From an uncultured Opitutales bacterium (GTDB lineage: Bacteria; Verrucomicrobiota; Verrucomicrobiia; Opitutales; Intestinicryptomonadaceae): a stretch of DNA of 32,000 nt. A model generated the notes under the pieces. That model was not told the origin of the DNA. It saw only the letters and a program-made list of their open reading frames with translations, and ran no database searches. The stretch is taken from positions 61,312-93,311 of the forward strand of contig CAKUIA010000009.1 in assembly GCA_934660865.1 (NCBI GenBank). The letters are read 5' to 3'. Positions 13,834 to 20,695 of this stretch are shown piece by piece. The position numbers were made by a program, and so were the translations under genes. Within the stretch, counting starts at the first letter, position 1; every line of letters begins with the position of its first letter.

Positions 13834-15075
13834 ATGAAGATGAAAAAATATATAAAAAGCATTGCGCTAATTTCGCTTGCCATATTTGCCGGCATTTTGA
13901 ACGCCGAAACAATGAAAAGCATTCAAGACTACGGGGTGTTGCCCACCAACAGCCCCGAAGTTAACCGCGACAACCTGCAAAAGGCTATAGACGAAGCCTC
14001 GAAACGCGGCGGGGCTTTGTTTGTGCCGCCGGTAGGCAGGGGCTACCCAATGGCCAGCGGCATTGTGTTAAAGCACAACGTGTCTTTAATTGGCATAAAC
14101 GGGCCTTTGGGCAGGGGCTCCATTGCAAAGTTCGACGAACACCCAATGTACGACCCCGCAAGCTCGGCATTCAGAATAATGGACGCCGACAAACCCTTTA
14201 TTACAATTCAAAGCTACACCAAAATTAAGGGCATACAATTCTATTATCCCAAACAGGGGTGGACACCCGATAAGGTAATAAAGTATCCGCCCACAATTCA
14301 GCAGGACACTTTTGCCCTTTCGGTAACCTTGCAGGAATTGTCATTTTGGGGCGAATATATTGCAATGAATTTTGCCGACACAAAGGGCACTTGCGAGCAG
14401 GTGCTTATAGAGCATTGCTACGGCTATCCCCTAAGCGGCGAGTTTATACGCATAGACAACTGTTCCGACATAAACCGCATTTTGCACTGCCATATAAACC
14501 CCGGTACAATGAGGGCTTTTAGAGGCGACTATATGCGAAAAGGCATGGTAGACTATGTTGTAAACCAGAAAAAATACGCCGTTTGGATAGGCCGCGGCGA
14601 CAATATCGTTATAATGGATTTGCATGTTTTCGGCGCATACGGGGCATGCTATTTTAGCGAAAGAAGCTACGGGCAGCTTACAAACTTTAGCTTCGACTGC
14701 GTTGTAAACGGCATATACAAAAGCGGACGCGACCAAAAGCAGCACCAGTGGCTAATTTCGCAAGGCTCTATAATTGCAAACGCGGGCACAAATATCGACG
14801 AAGTTTGGCCGATTATCATAGAGGGCAAAGGGCACACATCAATTACCAACGTAGAAGCCTTTTCGGGCGGCAACGGTGCCCTTGTAAACGTGGGGGCTTC
14901 CAAGGGATTTTTGCTTGTAAAGGGCAAAGACCCGTTGACGGTTTCGATGTACGGTTGCAGAATGTATAAATACACCGACAAAGAGCCGATTCAGGTTTTA
15001 AACCGCAAGGCAAGCCTTAGGGCAAAGGACTGTGTAGGCAAGGATTTGCAGTTTTTCGACTTGGAAATAAACTAA
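13834..15075 (+). CDS. Secreted right-handed beta-helix protein, paralogue 2
   Basis: 413 aa, collinear with the preceding gene over its full length, roughly three quarters identical by eye. It has its own signal peptide. Confidence 0.7.
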   Translation: MKMKKYIKSIALISLAIFAGILNAETMKSIQDYGVLPTNSPEVNRDNLQKAIDEASKRGGALFVPPVGRGYPMASGIVLKHNVSLIGINGPLGRGSIAKFDEHPMYDPASSAFRIMDADKPFITIQSYTKIKGIQFYYPKQGWTPDKVIKYPPTIQQDTFALSVTLQELSFWGEYIAMNFADTKGTCEQVLIEHCYGYPLSGEFIRIDNCSDINRILHCHINPGTMRAFRGDYMRKGMVDYVVNQKKYAVWIGRGDNIVIMDLHVFGAYGACYFSERSYGQLTNFSFDCVVNGIYKSGRDQKQHQWLISQGSIIANAGTNIDEVWPIIIEGKGHTSITNVEAFSGGNGALVNVGASKGFLLVKGKDPLTVSMYGCRMYKYTDKEPIQVLNRKASLRAKDCVGKDLQFFDLEIN

Positions 15076-15096
15076 AATTTCAATAGTATAAAAAAT

Positions 15097-16938
15097 ATGA
15101 TGAAGAAAATTATAACTATTGCCTGTGCGCTTTTTGCCGTAGCCAACTTTGCTTTGGCCCAATACAGCGCAAAGGGAGACAAAATTAAAACCGCCTGGGG
15201 TGAAAAATTAACCGTCGAAAATGTGTGGAGCGAATATCCCCGCCCGCAAATGACAAGGGGGCAGATAGACAAAAAAGACGCCGTTTGGCAAAACCTTAAC
15301 GGCTTGTGGGATTATTCCATTTGCGCAAAAAACCTGCCAAAGCCCGAAAAGGCCGACGGCAAAATTTTGGTGCCCTTTGCGGTGGAATCTTCGTTGTCGG
15401 GCGTAATGAAGCTGCTAGACGACAAAAGCGCGCTTTGGTATGAAAGGGAGTTTTCCGTTCCCGAAAACTGGAAGCAGGGCAGGGTGCTATTGCATTTCGG
15501 TGCGGTAGATTGGCAGGCCGAAGTTTTTGTAAATTCGGTAAAAGTGGGCGAACACACTGGCGGCTATGCCCCCTTTAATTTCGACATTACCGAGGCTTTA
15601 AAAGACGGCAAAAACACGCTAACAGTTAAGGTGCTAGACCCAACCGACAAGGCTTTGCAGCCTCGCGGCAAGCAGGCGTGCGAGCCTAAATCTATTTGGT
15701 ATACCCGCGTAAGCGGCATTTGGCAAACGGTATGGCTAGAAAATGTGCCCACGGTTTTCATAAAAAATTTGAAAATCGTTCCCGATTTCGACAACAATTC
15801 GTTTAAGATTACAACCACGGCAAACGAGTTGGTAAAAGTTAGCGCAACAGTTTACGCCGGCAGGGAAATTGCGGGCAAAGCACAGGGCGTTTCGGGCGAA
15901 CAGTTCTCGGTTAAATTGGCAGGCAATGCAAAGGCGTGGTCGCCCGACAATCCGTTTTTATACGATATTAAGGTGGAAATTTCGTCTCTAAAAGACGGCA
16001 AGGTTTTAGACACCGTAAACGGATATTCTGCAATGCGCAAAATTTCCATGGCAGTTTCGAAAGACGGTTGGAAAAGAATTTTGCTAAACAATAAGGAGAT
16101 TTTCCAAATCGGCACGCTAGACCAGGGTTGGTGGCCCGACGGACTGTATACGCCGCCCTCCGACGAAGCTATGAAGTTCGACATAGTAAAAACAAAAGAG
16201 CTTGGTTTTAATATGATAAGGAAACATATTAAGGTTGAACCCGCCCGCTGGTATTGGCATTGCGACAAACTTGGCATGCTTGTTTGGCAGGATATGCCGA
16301 GCCTTGGCAACGGCCCGAAATGGAGCCAAACCGAGTTTGTTAGCGACGAACCCAATTTTATAGACGGCAAATCGCGCGCAAACTACCGCAAAGAGTGGCG
16401 CGAAATTATGGAAAGCCTATATTCATTCCCCTGCATAGTTATGTGGGTGCCCTTTAACGAAGCCTGGGGGCAGTTCGATACAAAGGAAATTGCCGAATGG
16501 ACAAAGTCTATGGACGATTCAAGGCTTGTCAACGCAGCAAGCGGCGGCAACCATGTGCGCTGCGGCGACATTCACGACATTCACCACTATCCGCAGCCGG
16601 GAACTCACAATATAATAGATTTGGCGCGTGTAAACGTTGTGGGCGAATACGGCGGCATTGGCATGGTAAAAGAAGGGCACTTGTGGATTAGCGGCAAAAA
16701 GAATTGGGGCTATATAACAAAGAACGACGCCGAAACGGTTTCGGACTTGTATGTAGATTATGCCAACCAACTTTTGGGGCTTTCAAGCAAGGGCATTTGC
16801 GCGGGCGTTTACACCCAAACGACCGACGTAGAAGGCGAAGTAAACGGCCTTATTACCTACGACCGCAAAGTAATTAAAGTTAACCCCGAAAAAGTCCGCA
16901 AAGCCAACAAAAAGCTTATAGATTCTTTGGGTAAATAA
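15097..16938 (+). CDS. Glycoside hydrolase family 2 protein (beta-galactosidase / beta-glucuronidase-like), secreted
   Basis: 613 aa with signal peptide MMKKIITIACALFAVANFALA. The GH2 sugar-binding text is WYEREFSVPENWKQGRVLLHFGAVDWQAEVFVNSVKVGEHTGGYAPFNFDIT. The TIM-barrel text is IRKHIKVEP..WYWHCDKLGMLVWQD, with the acid/base region WVPFNEAWGQ and the nucleophile region VVGEYGG. Confidence 0.85.
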   Translation: MMKKIITIACALFAVANFALAQYSAKGDKIKTAWGEKLTVENVWSEYPRPQMTRGQIDKKDAVWQNLNGLWDYSICAKNLPKPEKADGKILVPFAVESSLSGVMKLLDDKSALWYEREFSVPENWKQGRVLLHFGAVDWQAEVFVNSVKVGEHTGGYAPFNFDITEALKDGKNTLTVKVLDPTDKALQPRGKQACEPKSIWYTRVSGIWQTVWLENVPTVFIKNLKIVPDFDNNSFKITTTANELVKVSATVYAGREIAGKAQGVSGEQFSVKLAGNAKAWSPDNPFLYDIKVEISSLKDGKVLDTVNGYSAMRKISMAVSKDGWKRILLNNKEIFQIGTLDQGWWPDGLYTPPSDEAMKFDIVKTKELGFNMIRKHIKVEPARWYWHCDKLGMLVWQDMPSLGNGPKWSQTEFVSDEPNFIDGKSRANYRKEWREIMESLYSFPCIVMWVPFNEAWGQFDTKEIAEWTKSMDDSRLVNAASGGNHVRCGDIHDIHHYPQPGTHNIIDLARVNVVGEYGGIGMVKEGHLWISGKKNWGYITKNDAETVSDLYVDYANQLLGLSSKGICAGVYTQTTDVEGEVNGLITYDRKVIKVNPEKVRKANKKLIDSLGK

Positions 16939-16959
16939 ATAAAACAACAAAACTTTTAA

Positions 16960-16993
16960 CACCGCCCGCCGCAAAGACAGGCGGTGTTTTTTT
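16960..16993 (+). terminator. Rho-independent terminator after the GH2 gene
   Basis: The stem CACCGCC (16960-16966) pairs with GGCGGTG (16980-16986) and is followed by T7 (16987-16993). Confidence 0.7.
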
Positions 16994-17622
16994 GCGCCAA
17001 TGCGGCTTTTGCGCACAGTTTCTTGCTGAATGTTTCACAAAAAGTTTTTTCAACCGATAATTTGACAACCCCGCTTCTTGTATGGCTCTTTTTATAGACG
17101 TTGAGAACAAGAAGCTTGTCTATTTAAAGTAGCAAGCGGCGCAACGCGTAGCTTGTTGTGGTATGGCTTTTATTTAACGTTTCTAATATATCCATTGTAA
17201 AGATCCTTAAATTGCACATTGGTTATTGTAATAGATTTTTTCTTCTTTTGCTTACTGCACAATCTTTGGCAAAGGGTTCTAAATTTAAAAAATTGTTCCG
17301 CAAGAAAAGGCATTTTTTGAGTGTAAAAAAGCATGTTTTTCCCGCCAAGAAAGTTTTTGCAAAATAAAAAACCGCGCAAAATAGGTATTGAGTTGGCGCA
17401 AATAGCGTTTTACAGAAAAACGGCATTGTTGGCTATGCTATAAAATATATGCAAAAAACAGAATCTTGTTTTGCATTTGGCGGTCTACTTTCCGCAAAAA
17501 TGCAGACAAAGGTTTAGCGCAAAAGAATGTTTTTTAGGAAAAAGCAAGAATGTGCAAAAAATTTAAATATTTTATTTGACAATCGAAACGATATATGCAG
17601 ACTTAAGGGCTTTAAATCAAGT

Positions 17623-17699
17623 GGGGTGGTAGTTCAGTTGGTTAGAACGCCTGCCTGTCACGCAGGAGGTCGCGAGTTCGAGTCTCGTCCATCCCGCCA
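17623..17699 (+). tRNA. tRNA-Asp (anticodon GTC), CCA encoded
   Basis: Hand-folded cloverleaf of 77 nt. The acceptor GGGGTGG pairs with CCATCCC. The D arm is GTTC-AGTTGGTTA-GAAC. The anticodon arm is CCTGC-CTGTCAC-GCAGG, with GTC at the centre. The T arm is GCGAG-TTCGAGT-CTCGT. The discriminator is G and the terminal CCA ends at 17699. Confidence 0.95.
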
Positions 17700-17705
17700 C
17701 TTTAA

Positions 17706-17739
17706 AAGCCGCAAGTTCAAACACTTGCGGCTTTTTTTG
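17706..17739 (+). terminator. Rho-independent terminator after tRNA-Asp
   Basis: The stem AAGCCGCAAG (17706-17715) pairs with CTTGCGGCTT (17724-17733), whose last bases run into a T-run extending to 17738. Confidence 0.75.
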
Positions 17740-17841
17740 TTTCTACATTTCGCGCCAAACCCAGTATCCACGCGGTTTGCGGGGCTGTGATGCCGCGCAA
17801 AGCCAGTATTTAAGCCACTTGCGGCGGAACGCCCGCCCGCC

Positions 17842-17862
17842 CAAAAACCGCCAAAATTGGCG
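17842..17862 (-). terminator. Terminator of the four-gene ATPase operon
   Basis: The palindrome CGCCAAAATTGGCG (17849-17862) is followed on the minus strand by GTTTTT (complement of 17843-17848). It lies downstream of the last operon gene (stop at 17947). Confidence 0.5.
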
Positions 17863-17864
17863 TT

Positions 17865-17908
17865 TTGTTGGTGGTTTTTCCAACAATTCACCAACAAAAA
17901 TCCAACAG
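17865..17908. repeat. Phased heptamer array: one inverted copy plus three direct CCAACA(A/G) copies at 11-bp spacing
   Basis: TTGTTGG lies at 17865-17871, CCAACAA at 17880-17886, CCAACAA at 17891-17897 and CCAACAG at 17902-17908. In addition, 17865-17873 (TTGTTGGTG) is the exact reverse complement of 17889-17897 (CACCAACAA). Confidence 0.65.
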
Positions 17909-17946
17909 GATTTTGAGGCGTATTTTAGGCGCGTTTTTTCGCTTTT

Positions 17947-18369
17947 TCAACGTTCGCGGGCGAACATATTTTTGATTCGCGCCCAGAGGGTGGGGTTAAG
18001 CGCGGAGATTCGCTCCAAGTAGATTTCGGCGATTGGCTCTTCAATCTGCGGACATTCGACTTTTACCGCAGCCTCATACGCCGAATAGGTGTCTTTCGAG
18101 AAGGCATTTGCAAGCAAGGCTTGCAATTCTTCGTGCTTTTGGCGCGAAACTTTTACCGTGGGCGTTCCCTTTTTGGGGAACAATGACCTGTCGAGAAAGT
18201 GGTGCTTGTCCGGCGTTGCCAATCCTGCGGCACTTTTGCCGATATAGACTTTTCTCGTTCTAAGCTCGTCTGGAACTTTCGTTCTCTTCGCCGCCTGTTT
18301 TATAAAGGCATCATACGGGTTGTTTGTATCGAACCTGTCCTTGTGCTTGTTGAATGTTGCCAATTTCAT
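17947..18369 (-). CDS. Hypothetical protein, fourth gene of the ATPase operon
   Basis: 140 aa, MKLATFNKHKDRFDTNNPYDAFIKQAAKRTKVPDELRTRKVYIGK.... Its ATG directly follows the upstream stop (TAAATG at 18372-18367). I recognise no motif. Confidence 0.6.
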   Translation of the reverse strand: MKLATFNKHKDRFDTNNPYDAFIKQAAKRTKVPDELRTRKVYIGKSAAGLATPDKHHFLDRSLFPKKGTPTVKVSRQKHEELQALLANAFSKDTYSAYEAAVKVECPQIEEPIAEIYLERISALNPTLWARIKNMFARER

Positions 18370-18588
18370 TTAGTTCCTTTCGTAAGCGATTTGCTTTGCC
18401 GCCATCAGGCGCGAAACGTGCCGAAACGGCAGCTGAGCGACTCCTTCCATTGCGAAACAAAGTTCGCGGTTTCTGCGGCGGTATGACATATACCTGCCGT
18501 CGCGTTTGTATTTTGTGTGGGGGGTATTTTCTTTTTCCATATTTTTTAACATTGCGATAAAATGTGTATCGGTCTCAAAATTTATCAT
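18370..18588 (-). CDS. Small basic hypothetical protein, third gene of the ATPase operon
   Basis: The track ORF is 18370..18633. The internal ATG at 18588 (MINFETDTHFIAMLKNMEK...KYKRDGRYMSYRRRNRE...) overlaps the ATPase stop as ATGA (18588-18585), so I prefer the 72-aa form. Confidence 0.5.
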   Translation of the reverse strand: MINFETDTHFIAMLKNMEKENTPHTKYKRDGRYMSYRRRNRELCFAMEGVAQLPFRHVSRLMAAKQIAYERN

Positions 18589-20009
18589 CTGCGCGGAGTC
18601 CGAGCCAAGGCGTCCCTCAACCCTGCCAAACATTCTCGTTCTACATCGGGTTCTGTGCGCGGATTTCTATGTGGAACGTCCACAAACAGCCGTTCGAGCT
18701 TTACGGCGCAAGGCGTGCAAAAACCGTTCGCCAGCTTGACGAATGCGTATCCCTGCGGCAGATTTTCGGGCGAAGTAAATTCCTCGCGCGGTTCTGTATC
18801 GTCAGCATTGAAGCCGATGTTTGGGCGCGGAGGCGGAGCATATGCCGCGAACTCTACAAGTTTGGCGGCTTCGGGCTCGGACGTTCTAAACACGAAAAGG
18901 TTGTTGATGTTTGCGAGCAGATGGGCGCGTTCCCTTTCGCCGATTGCCAAGTCGAGAGCAACAATTCCCTGTGTTGCGGCAATGGCAAAACCGCCTTTGC
19001 TGCGCATTGTTTGGAGGTTGTAGGAATCGCTTGAAATGTCGCGACCGCCAGTTGCAACAAGCGGGAATTCGTCCATAACAATTCCCGCAATGCGGTTGTC
19101 GGGAGAGTCGCCGCGAAGCTGTATAGTCCTATAAAATTGGGCTTTCGCGAGTTTCGCCACGATTGCCGCCGCAAACTGGTTTGTTGTCGCGGGAAATGTC
19201 AGAACGACAATCTTCCCGAACTTTGCGGTGTCTCCGATATCCAAAAGCTTTTTGCCGCTTAAAAAGTTTCGGGTTGTCCGATTTTCGAGAAGCGCGAGTG
19301 TGTTTGTCATAGTGCTTATCTCGTTGCTTTTCGTGCGCGAATCGAGCTTTTGCCACTCCGACAGGTCGGATTTTAGCCGCTTTGCAATGCGCTTTATCTG
19401 CGCCCAAGCCGCGTTTTTTCTCGATTTGTCAACGGCTTCGCGCCGGCAGATTTCGGGCAAAGCGGAAGAGATGAAATCCCGCCATTCGTCGATTTTGTCC
19501 GAATCCAAAAAATCCCGAAACGAATCGGTGAATTTGTCGAAATCCATCGAATCGTGGCGGAAGAGACAGAAGTTAAAAATTGTATTCAAACGCTTGCGGA
19601 ACGCCATTGTCCAATACACGTTTTCGCCGCTGTTGTCGCCGAATGCGGACATCAGGAAATCTACAAGTTCCGAAACTTTCGCGGACGAGTCCGCTTCGGC
19701 AAAAGGATTGATGTAGTAGTGTCCGTCGCCCGAGAAGTCCACAACATCGCGCATTCTGCCGCATTCGTGCGCCCACTTTTTGATTTTGCAAAGCGTACCG
19801 TCGTTTTTGAAATCGAAGAGCAACAAGCCTATTTTCCGCCTCTTGTCGTCTGCGCGAAAGGCAATCAGCCCGCGCAATAGGGCGTTTAGCGATGTTGTTT
19901 TGCCGCTGCCCGTGCTGCCGATAAAAAGCGTGTGCTTGCAAAGGGTGTCGGCGGTCAGGACGATTTCCCTACCGCCGCCGTTTAGCTTTGTTATAATTTC
20001 GTCTTTCAT
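18585..20009 (-). CDS. Soluble VirD4/TraG/TraD-like P-loop ATPase (FtsK-HerA superfamily) with no N-terminal membrane anchor
   Basis: The track ORF is 18585..20081. The ATG at 20009 overlaps the upstream stop as ATGA (20009-20006), giving 474 aa. Walker A is FIGSTGSGKTT (19893-19919). Walker B is GIVMDEFPL, with the DE pair at 19068-19073. These are followed by MRSKGG, AIAATQGIVALD and LFVFRTSEPEAAKLVEF. A helical insert of about 150 aa separates the two Walker motifs, as in type IV coupling proteins. Confidence 0.8.
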   Translation of the reverse strand: MKDEIITKLNGGGREIVLTADTLCKHTLFIGSTGSGKTTSLNALLRGLIAFRADDKRRKIGLLLFDFKNDGTLCKIKKWAHECGRMRDVVDFSGDGHYYINPFAEADSSAKVSELVDFLMSAFGDNSGENVYWTMAFRKRLNTIFNFCLFRHDSMDFDKFTDSFRDFLDSDKIDEWRDFISSALPEICRREAVDKSRKNAAWAQIKRIAKRLKSDLSEWQKLDSRTKSNEISTMTNTLALLENRTTRNFLSGKKLLDIGDTAKFGKIVVLTFPATTNQFAAAIVAKLAKAQFYRTIQLRGDSPDNRIAGIVMDEFPLVATGGRDISSDSYNLQTMRSKGGFAIAATQGIVALDLAIGERERAHLLANINNLFVFRTSEPEAAKLVEFAAYAPPPRPNIGFNADDTEPREEFTSPENLPQGYAFVKLANGFCTPCAVKLERLFVDVPHRNPRTEPDVERECLAGLRDALARTPRR

Positions 20010-20485
20010 GCGAAAATGCCAATGGGCGTCAAAATTTCCTCGGCAGGCGTTGGACGGTCGTTTCCGAATCGTGCCCGCCAAAGCCTTGCCAACTCTTCCC
20101 TTGCTTCGAGGTCGTAGGCGTTCTCGAATATTTCGCGGAACTTCTCCCTCGTTATCCTCCCGAAAACGCCTTTCTCTTCAAGAACGGGAAGAAGGCTGTT
20201 TTCCACCATTACAACTTCCGCCCAGACATCGTCGGGAAGCGTCAGTCTTCGCCAAAGCGGTTTTTCGAAATTCCGCTCCGCAAACAAAAGTGCCGCGATA
20301 TCCGTTTGGGGTATTTGGTATCCGTCCGAAACAATCCGCCCGAACGCCTCGTAGACCAAAGGATTTAGGCGCAAAAACATTACGGGCAAAAGCGAATGTT
20401 TCTTGATAAACGCGAGTATTTCCCCGTTCAGCGCGCCTTCGTTTTTGTCAATCATTTCAAGTAGTTTTAGATATAATTTATTCAT
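20006..20485 (-). CDS. Hypothetical protein, first gene of the ATPase operon
   Basis: 159 aa, MNKLYLKLLEMIDKNEGALNGEILAFIKKHSLLPVMFLRLNP.... It looks helical and I recognise no motif. Its stop overlaps the ATPase start. Confidence 0.6.
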   Translation of the reverse strand: MNKLYLKLLEMIDKNEGALNGEILAFIKKHSLLPVMFLRLNPLVYEAFGRIVSDGYQIPQTDIAALLFAERNFEKPLWRRLTLPDDVWAEVVMVENSLLPVLEEKGVFGRITREKFREIFENAYDLEAREELARLWRARFGNDRPTPAEEILTPIGIFA

Positions 20486-20516
20486 ACAAACCTTTCGTTG
20501 AGTTAAAATGGTTTGT
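20486..20516 (-). promoter_or_regulatory. Hairpin or inverted repeat abutting the start codon of the operon's first gene
   Basis: ACAAACC (20486-20492) and GGTTTGT (20510-20516) are 7-bp complementary arms with a 17-nt spacer. On the minus strand the 3' arm ends directly at the ATG (20485). Confidence 0.3.
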
Positions 20517-20639
20517 ATTTGCGTCTAAAAATTTACCTGAACTAAGTTTGACATGCTGCGAAATATTCTTCCATAGTCGATAAAATTGCATTTAACTGCA
20601 AAATTACAGAGTGTAGACGATTATTTTACAAAAAAACAC

Positions 20640-20675
20640 TTGCAAAATAATATTTTATAGCCGATTATTTTGCAA
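20640..20675. promoter_or_regulatory. Perfect 12-bp inverted repeat (operator candidate) upstream of the AAA+ ATPase gene
   Basis: TTGCAAAATAAT (20640-20651) and ATTATTTTGCAA (20664-20675) are exact reverse complements with a 12-bp spacer, 20 bp upstream of the ATG at 20696. A third, direct half-site CGATTATTTTACAAA lies at 20618-20632. Confidence 0.45.
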
Positions 20676-20695
20676 ATATTGAATATTTTTAGGTT

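Larger units (their letters stand above)
12545..15075 (+). repeat. Tandem gene duplication (two about 1.24-kb copies, 56-bp spacer)
   Basis: The two ORFs align end to end. The antisense shadow ORFs 12430..12627 and 13719..13922 both begin MLFIVSAFKMP, which reflects the duplicated 5' ends. Confidence 0.85.

Noticed and set aside
17158-17426. Three overlapping 67-69-aa ORFs on both strands in the gap upstream of the tRNA.
   Set aside because: The sequence is AT-rich and low-complexity (K/F/L-rich). The ORFs overlap one another on opposite strands and have no motif or credible start context, so the region is treated as non-coding.
17359-17559. Recurrent GCAAAA motifs as a possible CRISPR-like or iteron array.
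   Set aside because: The spacings are irregular (17, 22, 53, 43, 25 and 35 bp), the unit is only 6 nt long, and there are no conserved longer repeats or spacers. This is more likely A-tract composition than a structured array.
17566-17602. The TTGACA at 17575-17580 as the -35 box of a tRNA-Asp promoter.
   Set aside because: No acceptable -10 hexamer lies at a 16-18 bp spacing; TATATG is only 10 bp away. The host's promoter type is also unknown, so I did not call a promoter.
19476-19484. A 9-nt match (ATCCCGCCA) to the 3' end of tRNA-Asp, a possible att repeat.
   Set aside because: It lies inside the ATPase coding sequence, is only 9 nt long, and such a match is plausible by chance in 2 x 32 kb. 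There is no extended similarity on either side.
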